The notes beneath the pieces were generated by a model. The model made no database searches and was not told the DNA's origin. It saw only the letters and a list, made by a program, of their open reading frames with translations. A stretch of 62,748 nt of DNA from Legionellales bacterium (GTDB lineage Bacteria > Pseudomonadota > Gammaproteobacteria > UBA1113): assembly GCA_002707205.1 (NCBI GenBank), contig PAMH01000013.1:1-62748 (forward strand), read 5' to 3'. Position numbers and translations under genes: made by a program. Of the stretch, positions 40,186 through 50,391 are shown in pieces. Positions within the stretch are counted from its first letter, which is position 1. Each line of letters starts with the position of its first letter.

Positions 40186-41035
40186 AGTTAACTAACTCCC
40201 TCTTTAACTTATTCATTGCCTGTTTTTCAATTTGACGAATACGCTCTGGTGAGACTTGATATTTATCAGCTAATTCATGCAATGTTGCTTTTTTCTCCGC
40301 TAACCAACGCACTTGTAAAATATGCTGACTACGCTCATCCAAATTAGCAAGTGCTGTGCCTAATTGGGCATGACTTTGGGCTTCTGTATCAGCATACTCA
40401 AGCATACGTGCCGGATCTTGTGAATGATCTTCTAAATAAGCCATCGACATATAATTATGATCATCTTCACTGTCGTCTGTAGGCAAATCAAGTGACATAT
40501 CTTTTGCATGTAATCGCGTATCCATGCGCCACACTTCTTGTGTCGAAACATTTAGCGTTTTGGCAACATGCTCAACCTCTTCACTGGTAAATCCTAAATG
40601 CTTTTTCATACTACGTAAGTTAAAAAATAATTTGCGTTGTGCTTTGGTTGTTGCAATTTTAACAATACGCCAATTACGGATAATGAACTCATGAATTTCA
40701 GCTTTAATCCAATGAACTGCAAATGAAACTAAGCGTACACCAACGCTAGGATCAAATCGCTTAACTGCTTTCATTAAGCCGACACTACCTTCTTGTACAA
40801 GATCCATAAAGTTCAAACCATAACCACTATATCCTTGTGCAATCTTGGCTACAAATCTTAAATGTGACATCACTAATCGGCGCGCTGCTTGCAAGTCACT
40901 ATTGTTATGATAACGCTTCGCTAAATCTCTCTCTTCTTCTTGTGATAACATGGGAATAAGATTTATGGCATTTAAATAAGCTTGCTCACTACCTAATGGA
41001 ATAGTTGCAGTATTTATCTGGGGCAAATTTTTCAT
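40175..41035 (-). CDS. rpoH: RNA polymerase heat-shock sigma factor RpoH (sigma-32)
   Basis: The RpoH box QRKLFFNLR is present. It has region 2 (DLVQEGSVGLMKAVKRFD) and region 4 (TLHELADKYQVSPERIRQIE). ATG follows AGGAGG. Confidence 0.92.
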   Translation of the reverse strand: MKNLPQINTATIPLGSEQAYLNAINLIPMLSQEEERDLAKRYHNNSDLQAARRLVMSHLRFVAKIAQGYSGYGLNFMDLVQEGSVGLMKAVKRFDPSVGVRLVSFAVHWIKAEIHEFIIRNWRIVKIATTKAQRKLFFNLRSMKKHLGFTSEEVEHVAKTLNVSTQEVWRMDTRLHAKDMSLDLPTDDSEDDHNYMSMAYLEDHSQDPARMLEYADTEAQSHAQLGTALANLDERSQHILQVRWLAEKKATLHELADKYQVSPERIRQIEKQAMNKLKRELVNFAH

Positions 41036-41062
41036 CTACACCTCCTAATAGTTATTGACGAT

Positions 41063-41071
41063 ATTCTAGCA
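41063..41071 (-). promoter_or_regulatory. Candidate extended -10 element (TGCTAGAAT on the minus strand) upstream of rpoH
   Basis: Read directly from the sequence, about 30 nt upstream of the rpoH ATG. No convincing -35 element was seen. Confidence 0.3.
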
Positions 41072-41306
41072 CTTTTTTCATGAAAGTTTTAGTGTTTTTA
41101 TAAAAAATTGTGCTTTTTATGATCATCAATACATATAACCATCTTTCATTTTCATTAATTTTAGAGTAATAAACTTAAAAATACATGTTTTAGTCGATTT
41201 TTTATAGACTTCAGTTAAGTTTCTGATTTACAAGTATTTAAAATCTAAAAAATAAAAGCTGCTATAATAAAAAGACAGCATTGAGCTTTACTAGCTAAAA
41301 AGCACT

Positions 41307-41457
41307 TTAAATCAAATGGTTATGCATTGATTTAAGGTGCATATCTAACGTTTTCATTCGCCATAGCCAGGCAACTTTCCTACACGAGATGTGGTATTGT
41401 TGCCTGCAATTTACCACATCAGGGATGCCAGTGTTACAGTACCCACTGTAACACCGG
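41307..41457. ncRNA. Candidate structured RNA element (family and strand unknown)
   Basis: Five perfect or near-perfect helices fall within about 150 nt. Pair 1: 41307-15/41327-35 (9 bp) interleaved with 41321-26/41338-43 (6 bp). Pair 2: 41368-75/41399-406 (8 bp) interleaved with 41388-96/41412-20 (9 bp). A 13-bp hairpin with one mismatch lies at 41428-40/41445-57. Confidence 0.35.
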
Positions 41458-41577
41458 TCGTGGTAAACTTACTTTCTTCAATACTGAGATAGCAAGCCGA
41501 CTGACATTGCATACTAACGTAGTTTACGAAAGTTCTGACGATGCTACAATTAACAAAACTATTAAATTGAGTGCGAA

Positions 41578-42177
41578 ATGAAAGAGAAACTAAAAGAGAA
41601 ATTACAATCTAGTCTAAATAATTTACTTAAGAATGATACAAGTCAACAAAAAAAACTACAAAACCTCGCTGGTCGTATTGCCGTTATTCATATTAGTCCT
41701 ATTAATCTTACCTTAAACTGTTTATTTACCCATGATGGTATTGATTTTTTAGCAAATCTTTATGCTGAACCGAATGTAACCATTAGTGGTTCACCGCTTG
41801 CTTTCCTAGCAATGAACTTATCTGAAAATAAACTTGCCGATATTTTTGCAGGGAAAATCAAAATTACGGGCGATGTAGATACAGCTCAGAAAGTACAAGA
41901 TTTACTACAAGGTATAGAATTTGACTGGGAGGAATATTTATCCCGTTATACGGGTGATCCTATTGCTTATCATATTGGAAATATCGGTAAAAAGTTTATG
42001 CGTTTTGGTCAACGATTTATTAATACCAGCCAACAAAATATTAGAGAGTATCTACAAGAAGAAATAAAATTATTACCTACTCGTATCGAAGTAGAAGATT
42101 TTTTAGATAACATTGACACATTACGCAGTGATATTGATCGCTTAGAAGCAAAAATTAATTTACTGGAAAAATCATGA
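41578..42177 (+). CDS. ubiJ: Ubiquinone biosynthesis accessory factor UbiJ (SCP2 domain)
   Basis: The layout is collinear with E. coli YigP/UbiJ, including the YTGDPIAY block and a C-terminal coiled coil (DRLEAKINLLEK). It has a 4-nt ATGA overlap with ubiB. Confidence 0.85.
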   Translation: MKEKLKEKLQSSLNNLLKNDTSQQKKLQNLAGRIAVIHISPINLTLNCLFTHDGIDFLANLYAEPNVTISGSPLAFLAMNLSENKLADIFAGKIKITGDVDTAQKVQDLLQGIEFDWEEYLSRYTGDPIAYHIGNIGKKFMRFGQRFINTSQQNIREYLQEEIKLLPTRIEVEDFLDNIDTLRSDIDRLEAKINLLEKS

Positions 42178-43826
42178 AGCTATTTGGAAAAATTTATCGC
42201 TTAATATACATTAACTACATACTCGCTAAAAATGGTTTAGATGAAATTATTCTAGCTATGCGTTGGTTTGCACCTATTAGCTTTTTATCTTACTTAAATC
42301 CTTGGTACTGGTTGCGTAATCGTAAAAAATCACGTGCTGAACGATTACGTATTACTTTAGAATCCTTAGGCCCTATCTTTGTTAAATTTGGACAAATGCT
42401 ATCAACACGCCGTGATTTATTACCTGAAGATATCGTCAATGAACTTGCCAAGTTACAAGATAAAGTCCCTCCTTTTTCTGGCGCCAAAAAAATTATTGAA
42501 AAAACATTAGAAAAACCTATATCAACTTTGTTTGTTAATTTTGATGAGCACGCATTAGCCTCTGCTTCAATCGCACAAGTTCATACAGCGCAATTGCTTG
42601 ATGGACAAGATGTTGTTATTAAAGTTAAAAGACCAAATATTGAAAAAATTATTAAGCGTGATATTGATTTACTTTATAGTTTTGCACGTTTACTACAGCA
42701 TTATACAACTTTTGGTAAACGAATCCGAGCAAAGGATATTATTTCTGAATTTGAACAAACCATTTTAAGTGAATTAGACTTATTACGCGAAGCTGCAAAT
42801 GCTTCAATTCTTAAACGTAATTTTAAAGATTCAAAACAACTTTATATTCCTGAAATTCACTGGCAATATTGTCGTGAAAACATTATGGTTATGGAGCGCA
42901 TTTATGGTATTCCAATCTCTGACATCAACACGCTAAAAGCTCAAAATTTTAATCTTGAGCAATTAGCAAAAAATGGCGTGGAAATATTTTTCACACAGGT
43001 TTTTCGTGATTGTTTTTTTCATGGGGATATGCATCCAGGAAATATTTTCGTTCATCCAAGCAACAAAGACAATCCGCAATATATTGCGATTGATTTTGGC
43101 ATTGTTGGCACATTAACTGAAACGGATCAACGCTACCTTGCTGAAAATATGTTAGCTTTTTTTAAACGTGACTACCGACGTGTTGCCGAATTACATCTTG
43201 AATCAGGCTGGATTCCAGCAAATACTCGCGTACAAGAATTCGAGTCCGCCATCAGTACTGTATGTGAGCCTATTTTTCAAAAACCACTAAAAGAAATTTC
43301 TTTTGGACAGTTACTCATGCGCTTATTCCAAACTGGAAAACGCTTCCACATGGAAATTCAACCACAATTACTTTTACTTCAAAAAACTTTAATTCATATT
43401 GAAGGACTCGGACGTGAACTTTGCCCAGAGTTGGACTTATGGACAAGTGCAGAACCCATTCTGGAAAAATGGATGAGAGAGCAATTAGGACCTAAGTCTA
43501 TCTTAAAAAAAGTTAAAAAAAATCTCCCTCATTGGTTTGAAAAAATGCCTGAAATGCCTGACTTAATTTATCAATACTTAAAAAATGCACCAGCACAAAC
43601 ACCCTCGCTAGCAGTAGTAAATAAAAATAATGACCAACCGACTCCATCGAAATTTTGGCAAGGATTTGGGGTTGCTACATTAGTCATTGCATTATCACTT
43701 TTTATCGTTGTAGATCTTGGTTGGATCACTAAGACCTATTTACTATATATCACGGCAGGTGTTGCTATACTGGGATTTTGCACTTTGAGCTTAAATACCT
43801 TACTGAAAAAAATTGGCCAGTTATAG
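42174..43826 (+). CDS. ubiB: Ubiquinone biosynthesis regulatory protein kinase UbiB (ABC1 family)
   Basis: ABC1/ADCK motifs are present (LGPIFVKFGQMLSTRRDLLP, ASASIAQVH, VVIKVKRP, FFHGDMHPGNIF, IDFGIVG). Two C-terminal TM helices are present. Confidence 0.92.
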   Translation: MKLFGKIYRLIYINYILAKNGLDEIILAMRWFAPISFLSYLNPWYWLRNRKKSRAERLRITLESLGPIFVKFGQMLSTRRDLLPEDIVNELAKLQDKVPPFSGAKKIIEKTLEKPISTLFVNFDEHALASASIAQVHTAQLLDGQDVVIKVKRPNIEKIIKRDIDLLYSFARLLQHYTTFGKRIRAKDIISEFEQTILSELDLLREAANASILKRNFKDSKQLYIPEIHWQYCRENIMVMERIYGIPISDINTLKAQNFNLEQLAKNGVEIFFTQVFRDCFFHGDMHPGNIFVHPSNKDNPQYIAIDFGIVGTLTETDQRYLAENMLAFFKRDYRRVAELHLESGWIPANTRVQEFESAISTVCEPIFQKPLKEISFGQLLMRLFQTGKRFHMEIQPQLLLLQKTLIHIEGLGRELCPELDLWTSAEPILEKWMREQLGPKSILKKVKKNLPHWFEKMPEMPDLIYQYLKNAPAQTPSLAVVNKNNDQPTPSKFWQGFGVATLVIALSLFIVVDLGWITKTYLLYITAGVAILGFCTLSLNTLLKKIGQL

Positions 43827-43983
43827 ATATACTCAAACCACCACATAACGCGTAGTTATAACAAAATATCATAGACGTTCTTAGGTAAATAAAAACTTGT
43901 TGTTATGCACCGAAGAACATTTCAGCACCTCAAAAGATAACGTTAAAAATTACATTTTGAGGTGGTTTGGCTATGAATAATGC

Positions 43984-45474
43984 TTAACCTATCTTAGGTA
44001 TACGCGCTACCATACGCAAAGAGGTTGTTAACTCCTCAAACTGTAACCATGGTCTCAACCATGCAACAGCATGATATGAACCAGGCTGTCCTGGTATAGC
44101 TTTCACTTCAATTTTTGCTTCTGCGAGTGGATATTTCGCTTTTAAATCTTGATTTGAATCTGCATTAGCATTTACATAATTATTAACCCAACGATTCAAC
44201 CACTTTTCACAATCAGATGCTTCCATAAATGCACCTATTTTATCTCTTGCCATCACTTTTAAATAATGAGCAAATCTCGCACTGGCTAAAATATAAGGCA
44301 TTCTTGCTGAAATTGCTGCATTTGCTGTTGCCTCCGGAATATCATACTTTAACGATTTTTGTACTGTTTGGCCGCCAAAAAAAACCGAGTAATTTGTATT
44401 TTTATAATGACATAATGGTAGAAAACCAAGCTTGCTTAATTCAGCTTCTCGCCGATCAGTAATTGCAATTTCACTCGGACATTGCGAATCAATATCGCCC
44501 TCATCAGTGAAAAAAACATGTAAAGGTAAATTTTGTACTTTTCCACCACCTTCTGCACCACGAATAGCTGTGGTCCAACCATATTTGGCAAATGCTTCTG
44601 TTAAACGAACACCGAACACATAGGCTGCATTCATCCAACAATAATCATGATGTGCCAATTGTGTCGTGGGCTTTCCTTCTTTAATTGAGGTTTCTTCAAA
44701 TTGAAACTCTTCAATAGGTAAAGTTGCTTCACCATAAGGAAGTCTTGCTAATACCCGAGGCATAGTCAAAGTAATAAAACGTGAGTCTTCTGAATCTCTA
44801 AAGCTTTTCCATTTAGCATATTCCACGCTATCAAAAATTTTCTCAAGATCTCTTGGATTTGCTAACTCCGCCCAAGTATCAAAACCCATTAATTTACAAC
44901 TTGCAGCACTTATAAATGGACAAAATGCAGCCGCAGAAACCTCAGAGATTTTACGTAACATTTCGACATCTTCAGGATGATTATCAAAATCATAATCACC
45001 AATCATTGCACCATATGGTTCACCACCTGGCATACCAAACTCGTTTTCATAAATTTTTTTAAACATTTGACTTTGGTCAAACTCAACAGCCTTATCTAAA
45101 TCTTTAAATAATTCTCGCTTCTTGACATTTAGCATCTTAATTTTTAAAGATGCACCTGTTTCTGAATTAGAAACAAGATATTGCAAGCCGCGCCAAGTGC
45201 CTTCAATTTTTTTAAAATCTTCTGTATGTATAATTTTTGCTAACTGATTAGAAATAGCTTGATCAAGCTTATTGATTGCGGTATTAATGGTAGCTACTAA
45301 ACTTTTATTCCATATTATAGTGCCATTTAAAGTATTCGCTGTTAATGCACGTAACAGATCCTCCGCCTGACATCTCTCTGTTTGTTTTGTTGCTAAAATA
45401 GCTTGCTCCAATATACTCTCTGAAGCTTCAATACTATTATTCACATCTATTACTGACTGCTGAATATCAGACAT
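43984..45474 (-). CDS. tssC: T6SS contractile sheath large subunit TssC (VipB family), copy 1
   Basis: The 496-aa product carries hallmark blocks: [66 protein letters not shown] and the C-terminal [17 protein letters not shown]. It lies directly downstream of tssB. Confidence 0.93.
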   Translation of the reverse strand: MSDIQQSVIDVNNSIEASESILEQAILATKQTERCQAEDLLRALTANTLNGTIIWNKSLVATINTAINKLDQAISNQLAKIIHTEDFKKIEGTWRGLQYLVSNSETGASLKIKMLNVKKRELFKDLDKAVEFDQSQMFKKIYENEFGMPGGEPYGAMIGDYDFDNHPEDVEMLRKISEVSAAAFCPFISAASCKLMGFDTWAELANPRDLEKIFDSVEYAKWKSFRDSEDSRFITLTMPRVLARLPYGEATLPIEEFQFEETSIKEGKPTTQLAHHDYCWMNAAYVFGVRLTEAFAKYGWTTAIRGAEGGGKVQNLPLHVFFTDEGDIDSQCPSEIAITDRREAELSKLGFLPLCHYKNTNYSVFFGGQTVQKSLKYDIPEATANAAISARMPYILASARFAHYLKVMARDKIGAFMEASDCEKWLNRWVNNYVNANADSNQDLKAKYPLAEAKIEVKAIPGQPGSYHAVAWLRPWLQFEELTTSLRMVARIPKIG

Positions 45475-45475
45475 T

Positions 45476-45979
45476 TTACTCTCCCCTGTCTAATTCTAAC
45501 TCTTGCACTAATTTTTGTAACTGTGTCGAATCTTGTAATGTCGCCTCTAAAATTGATTCTAACTTATCTGAACGATCTGACTTTGATAGCAAGTCACGAA
45601 GTTTATCTCTTGTGTCTTTTAGTTCCTTTAAGGCAGGAACTTGCCCTACAATTTTAGCGGGTTCAAAATCTTCCATGGCACAAAATTTAAGTTGTATAGA
45701 CATCTCTGAGCCATCATCTTGTAACGTATTTTCAACACGTAAATTCAGTCCTGCATTTTGCTTTTTCATTACCTCATTAAAGTTATCTCTATCAATTTTA
45801 ATGAATTTTCTTTCCTTCAAGGGTTTTAATACTTCTGTTGGATGCCCTGAAAAATCACCTAGCACACCTACAACAAAAGGTAATTCCTTTTCAACAGTAC
45901 CACCTTCTGTTTCAACCTCATATTTAATATGTACCCTAGGTTTTCTAACCCGTTCTAATTTGTCATTAACACTTGACAT
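45476..45979 (-). CDS. tssB: T6SS contractile sheath small subunit TssB (VipA family)
   Basis: [27 protein letters not shown] and the [11 protein letters not shown] blocks are present. The product is 167 aa. Its stop lies 1 nt from the tssC start, and ATG follows AGGAG. Confidence 0.93.
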   Translation of the reverse strand: MSSVNDKLERVRKPRVHIKYEVETEGGTVEKELPFVVGVLGDFSGHPTEVLKPLKERKFIKIDRDNFNEVMKKQNAGLNLRVENTLQDDGSEMSIQLKFCAMEDFEPAKIVGQVPALKELKDTRDKLRDLLSKSDRSDKLESILEATLQDSTQLQKLVQELELDRGE

Positions 45980-46067
45980 TTTCTTCTCCTATTGTGATTA
46001 ACAAAATTAAAATACCTTTCAACTTTATTGAGATATGCAGTTATTATGTACTGCGGAAGTTTTAAAT

Positions 46068-47174
46068 TTATTTCATATCTTTTAAGCCTATCAATTTTAA
46101 AAAGTTATTTTTGGCAACATCATCACTGATTAATAATTGCATTAATTCCGGCAACGACATTTGTCCCCAATTAATAATATTATCAATACCATATGAAATG
46201 GGAGAGTGTGGCTCAGTAATACGAAAAAAATTTGCGATTGCAGCTAAATCCTTAAGCGATGATTCTCGACTCATTTTTGAAAGTTTTTGGTGATAAGGTT
46301 GAACTTTGAATTCTACATCCTTTGATTTCTTTTGTGATTCATTTTCTTTAATTACATCAACGTGACTAATTTTTGTATCCACATCCTTTAAGTCATGCAA
46401 AATAAAATTAAGATGATCATTAAATAATGTTAGTGCATTTTTAATATGTGAGGATGGTGGTGCGTTATGATGATAACGCGCAACCAAATAGTCTTGCAGC
46501 TGCTCAAACTTTTCTAAAACAAGCTTAAGCTGCTTTTGTAAAAGATCATAAAAGTTTTTGGGCGTTTCTTTAGCTGCTTTTTTTATAACATTTATATCAA
46601 TAAAACCTGCTTCCAACTTTTGATTAATAATTTTCTGATCTTGTATTTTATTAATCGCTATTGCCTGTTGATACTGCCACATGGCATACGAACCGAGATT
46701 TTCGCTGTTTACGATTAATTGATTTTGAATTGGCTGAATCAGACTACCTTGATTATCAATCCCATTTAAACCAATTAATGCTGCAAATCGCGATTCAAGT
46801 CCATCCTCATCAGGTAATGGATAAATATCATCAGGAAAATTTTTTAGTAAAAAATAAATAAGCTCAAACCCTTTTGCTAAACCATAAAAGCCATCTTGAC
46901 GAAGCCAAGCCTCTGTTAACCAACAAGCAATTTCTAAGTCTTTTGTTTGCTCCTTAATTAAGTAGATTCCTTTAGTTGATACCATTTTCCAATAACTCAT
47001 CGAATCAGCATCAGTTTCGCCACTAAGTTGTTTTCTTTCAATTGTTCTTGCCTTATTGCGAGCATCTTTAACCTCGTAATAATCATCACGATAATAATCA
47101 TTTTTTCTTAAATCAATACCACAAGGGTCTTCTTGACTAATATTTTTCAATAAACTTTTTAGGTTAATTGACAT
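46068..47174 (-). CDS. tssA: T6SS protein TssA (ImpA N-terminal domain, short form)
   Basis: It has an ImpA_N-type N-terminus (ISQEDPCGIDLRKNDYYRDDYYEV...AR). The product is 368 aa. It overlaps the tssM stop by 11 nt and lies upstream of tssB. Confidence 0.8.
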   Translation of the reverse strand: MSINLKSLLKNISQEDPCGIDLRKNDYYRDDYYEVKDARNKARTIERKQLSGETDADSMSYWKMVSTKGIYLIKEQTKDLEIACWLTEAWLRQDGFYGLAKGFELIYFLLKNFPDDIYPLPDEDGLESRFAALIGLNGIDNQGSLIQPIQNQLIVNSENLGSYAMWQYQQAIAINKIQDQKIINQKLEAGFIDINVIKKAAKETPKNFYDLLQKQLKLVLEKFEQLQDYLVARYHHNAPPSSHIKNALTLFNDHLNFILHDLKDVDTKISHVDVIKENESQKKSKDVEFKVQPYHQKLSKMSRESSLKDLAAIANFFRITEPHSPISYGIDNIINWGQMSLPELMQLLISDDVAKNNFLKLIGLKDMK

Positions 47175-50100
47175 GTTTTTCCCTTTTTTTGATAGTTATG
47201 TTGTTAGGTAATAAAAATTTTTTAAACAAAGATAAATTTAAAATTGATAGCTTAGCGATATTAGAGATTTGATAACTACTAGTAACTCCATTTAAATTAA
47301 AGTCATAATAATATAAACCTTGATATTTTGTTTTATTCAAAGTACCTTGAGAAAAAAACTGATAAATAGACCACGGGCCAGAAAATTTCATATGGTAATT
47401 GTCACCAGAAAAAGTATTTAACGTTAAGCTCACAGCATTAGCATTTTCAGGGAGTGGCCAACTAATATTTTTTGTTTGTTGTGGTCCATGACGATAATTT
47501 AAATTGGTCTCACCAATATGCAGGATAGAGTTTGTTGCATCACTTGATAATGTTATAGGTTTAATAGAAAATTCTACCGATAATTGATTACTACCAGATA
47601 AAAAATAGTTTGTATGAATTTTTTCCCATTGCATAAATTGATCAATGGATTCACGTGTTAAATCAATAGTATGACCATCAACATGATAGGGTCGCCAAGG
47701 ATTAGATTTCACATCTATGAATGGCTTAATATACTGACTATAATATTTTGACATTAATCCATCTTCCCCAAAAAACGCTATAAAGTCTTTCAAAGGCACT
47801 TGATTTATGCTATTTGTATCAAATGGATAACTACTTTTTAAGTTTTCCACATAGTAAAGCATAACATCATGCTGCCACACCTCATTCATTTTTTGATGCG
47901 CATTATCCAAAATAACAAACCACACTTGGTCTGCTATTTCTGTTAACCATTGATTAATTGGTGTGGGCGTATTATTAGCCAATTGATATAATAACTGGAG
48001 AGGCGTTTTTTTACCTTGTATCATTTCCAAAATAGCATTAAAACTTGCTTGTTGAGGATCTTTTGATTTCTCTATGGTTAATAGATAATCACGTAATTTA
48101 GAGAATACATTGACTGTTTCCTTTAATGTGTATTTTGTAGATATATTTTCATAATAATTATTGATTAATTTAAATGCTTTTGATAACTGATGGTTATCAT
48201 GATCAATATTGTCAGAGTTACTATATATGACTAATAATAAATTATTCATTGGCGATGAACTGTCCATAAGCATATTTAATTTCTTTATACTTTGACTTAA
48301 TGATATAAAAGGTTTAATAGATATATTAGTTAATGCATTATTCCAAGCTGCAATATAATTATGGTTATATTTTTTTATTATTATTGCTTTAATTTGATGG
48401 TCTGTTTGTACGATATTATTCGGTAAACCAATAATCTGATTGTCATGTACTACTTCTTTTGTAATATCTTGATTAAACTTAGAAAAAATATTTTCAAATC
48501 CTTGCTTAGTATATAAACTTGGAATTACGATACTTTTCACATCAAATGAAAATATTTTTTTAAAATTTTCACCAGCCATAGCACTTAAATCTAAATTAGG
48601 ATAGTTACTTACATTGCTTTTTATTTTTAACAATCCATAAGCTCTATCTGCTGGCATAATTTGCTCTAATTGTTTTCTTGCTTTATTTATAAGCAATTGA
48701 TCAATAGGAAGTTTTGGAATGCGATTCTGTAGTGATATATCTAAATATTTTTCAAGTGATTTTAATAAATTAATTTGATCAATATATTCATTTTTCCACT
48801 GAAATAACATCGGTGCTTTAAGCATGTTTTTTTCCACATGATTATTATCACTGAATACCAGATAGGCTTTTAAATTTGCATAAAGTAAATTTGCATCGAC
48901 AATATTTTGACTTAAATCATTTTTCAACTGTGATGCTATTCTTGGTAAAAATAAGCTTCTTAACGCACGATTTAACGTTTCTTCTAATTTTTTCTCTAAA
49001 TAATAATTTGTAAAAATCATTGTTGTGTAAATAAAATTATTATCTTTAGATAAACGATAGGCTTGATATAACTGATTAATTACTGGAACAATTTTAATTA
49101 ACGCAGCATTATCTGGCGCTAGCTGCGTGTAATCATGCTGATAATAATTAATCCGATTTTCAATTAAATGTATTTTAATTTGTAATATTTGATACCCTTG
49201 ATGCATTGAATAAATTAACAATCCTAAAATTACTGGTTGAGCATAGCGTAACACTTGATATTTTCGCCGTTTATTATTGTTATATTTTTTATTTTCACCA
49301 ACCCATTCAGCTTCTGGATATATAACATCTAAAAAAATATTCTTTACAAAATAATTTTCACTTATTTTTTTTTGAGATTTAAAAATTGGTAATACAAGCT
49401 GATACTTTTTTGCTATCGCTTGAGAAAGATAATCATATGGATTACCTGACTCTTGATTACAGCTGGTAAAGTATAGTCCTCTAAACTGCAACGTATCTAG
49501 CTGATTAATACTTAAAAATAATTCAGATATAAAATTAATAATGGGCTGCTTAATTAACTGTATCTGTTGAGGAAACTGATAAATTAATGCTCTATCCCTA
49601 GCAGTTTCAACTTTATTCAAAGTCCATAAGACACGATTTTTTAAAATATTAGTCAGCTGTGTATATTCTTTATTACAATATCTTATAACATATGATTGAT
49701 CATGACATCGTGGTAAAGGTAAAGTAAATCCCCATACTTGCTGTAAATCTTCTTTATTAAGCTCGCTGAAAAATTCACAAAACCCTGATAATAAATCGCA
49801 TTTATTAAAAATAAGATACAAAGGAACATATGCCCCTGATTGTTTATGCACTATTTTTACATATTGACTAACATTTTGAATAAATTCATTCCGTTCCTTA
49901 TTACTCATCGACATTAAATCATGTATAGTTAGTGTCAAAATCACACCACTAAATATTTTATTTTTGTGCACTTTCTTTAATGATTTTATTAAATTTTCAT
50001 ACAAAGATAATTTTTCACTCTTAATATTGTACTTAGGTTTAATAAAAACTGCTTGTTGTGAAAAATACCATTTATAATCTGAAAAGTTTTTATTCAAATA

Positions 50101-50391
50101 TACAGCTTCATCACAACAACTTTGCGCATTAATATAATTTAATTTTATATTGTTTAAAAAACTTTGTTTTCCTGAATTTTTTGAACCGATTATTAAGTAC
50201 CATGGTAGCTTATAAAAATTTAGCTGGAGATAGTCTTGTTTAATTTTATGATGAACCAGCTTTGTATTTATTGATAATTTCTGGAAAACATCATATGCCA
50301 TTGCCTTTATTTTTGCAAAACCAACAGTTAATTTAATGCCTGTATTTTTAAAAAATATTACTGCTTTTTTTATAAAATCCATTATCATCAC
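47164..50391 (-). CDS. tssM: T6SS membrane complex protein TssM (IcmF family), atypical N-terminus
   Basis: The 1075-aa product has the LPWYLIIGSKNSGKQSFL P-loop region at residue ~62 and an IcmF-like periplasmic region. It has an ATGA overlap with tssL. No hydrophobic hairpin precedes the P-loop. Confidence 0.88.
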   Translation of the reverse strand: MMIMDFIKKAVIFFKNTGIKLTVGFAKIKAMAYDVFQKLSINTKLVHHKIKQDYLQLNFYKLPWYLIIGSKNSGKQSFLNNIKLNYINAQSCCDEAVYLNKNFSDYKWYFSQQAVFIKPKYNIKSEKLSLYENLIKSLKKVHKNKIFSGVILTLTIHDLMSMSNKERNEFIQNVSQYVKIVHKQSGAYVPLYLIFNKCDLLSGFCEFFSELNKEDLQQVWGFTLPLPRCHDQSYVIRYCNKEYTQLTNILKNRVLWTLNKVETARDRALIYQFPQQIQLIKQPIINFISELFLSINQLDTLQFRGLYFTSCNQESGNPYDYLSQAIAKKYQLVLPIFKSQKKISENYFVKNIFLDVIYPEAEWVGENKKYNNNKRRKYQVLRYAQPVILGLLIYSMHQGYQILQIKIHLIENRINYYQHDYTQLAPDNAALIKIVPVINQLYQAYRLSKDNNFIYTTMIFTNYYLEKKLEETLNRALRSLFLPRIASQLKNDLSQNIVDANLLYANLKAYLVFSDNNHVEKNMLKAPMLFQWKNEYIDQINLLKSLEKYLDISLQNRIPKLPIDQLLINKARKQLEQIMPADRAYGLLKIKSNVSNYPNLDLSAMAGENFKKIFSFDVKSIVIPSLYTKQGFENIFSKFNQDITKEVVHDNQIIGLPNNIVQTDHQIKAIIIKKYNHNYIAAWNNALTNISIKPFISLSQSIKKLNMLMDSSSPMNNLLLVIYSNSDNIDHDNHQLSKAFKLINNYYENISTKYTLKETVNVFSKLRDYLLTIEKSKDPQQASFNAILEMIQGKKTPLQLLYQLANNTPTPINQWLTEIADQVWFVILDNAHQKMNEVWQHDVMLYYVENLKSSYPFDTNSINQVPLKDFIAFFGEDGLMSKYYSQYIKPFIDVKSNPWRPYHVDGHTIDLTRESIDQFMQWEKIHTNYFLSGSNQLSVEFSIKPITLSSDATNSILHIGETNLNYRHGPQQTKNISWPLPENANAVSLTLNTFSGDNYHMKFSGPWSIYQFFSQGTLNKTKYQGLYYYDFNLNGVTSSYQISNIAKLSILNLSLFKKFLLPNNITIKKREKHVN

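Noticed and set aside
41281-41577. Whether the structured intergenic element is a known housekeeping RNA (tmRNA, RNase P RNA, SRP 4.5S RNA or 6S RNA).
   Set aside because: It has no GGGGCTGA 5' end, no T-arm/CCA 3' end and no tag ORF ending in a hydrophobic ..AA stop, so it is not tmRNA. It has no GAGGAAAGTCCGG or GGTAAGAGCGCACC blocks, so it is not RNase P RNA. It has no GGAAGGAAGCAGCC domain IV motif, so it is not SRP RNA. A 6S-like long imperfect hairpin is not evident either. It is kept only as an unclassified structured element.
43926-43964. A 10-bp inverted repeat (CACCTCAAAA / TTTTGAGGTG) between the convergent ubiB and tssC genes, considered as a bidirectional intrinsic terminator.
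   Set aside because: The loop is long (19 nt) and neither strand has a U-tract after the stem. It may still act as a terminator or boundary element, but the evidence is too weak for a feature call.
45612-46001. Antisense 'shadow' ORFs inside well-supported genes. Examples are 386-568, 432-623, 3469-3675, 4017-4277, 4498-4778, 13751-13996, 15067-15429, 16800-17207, 17696-18100, 20432-20740, 33392-33706, 45612-46001, 56261-56617 and 60980-61297.
   Set aside because: Each lies opposite or out of frame within a gene that has strong family motifs. Their translations are low-complexity or hydrophobic runs typical of AT-rich antisense frames, and no RBS or domain was seen.
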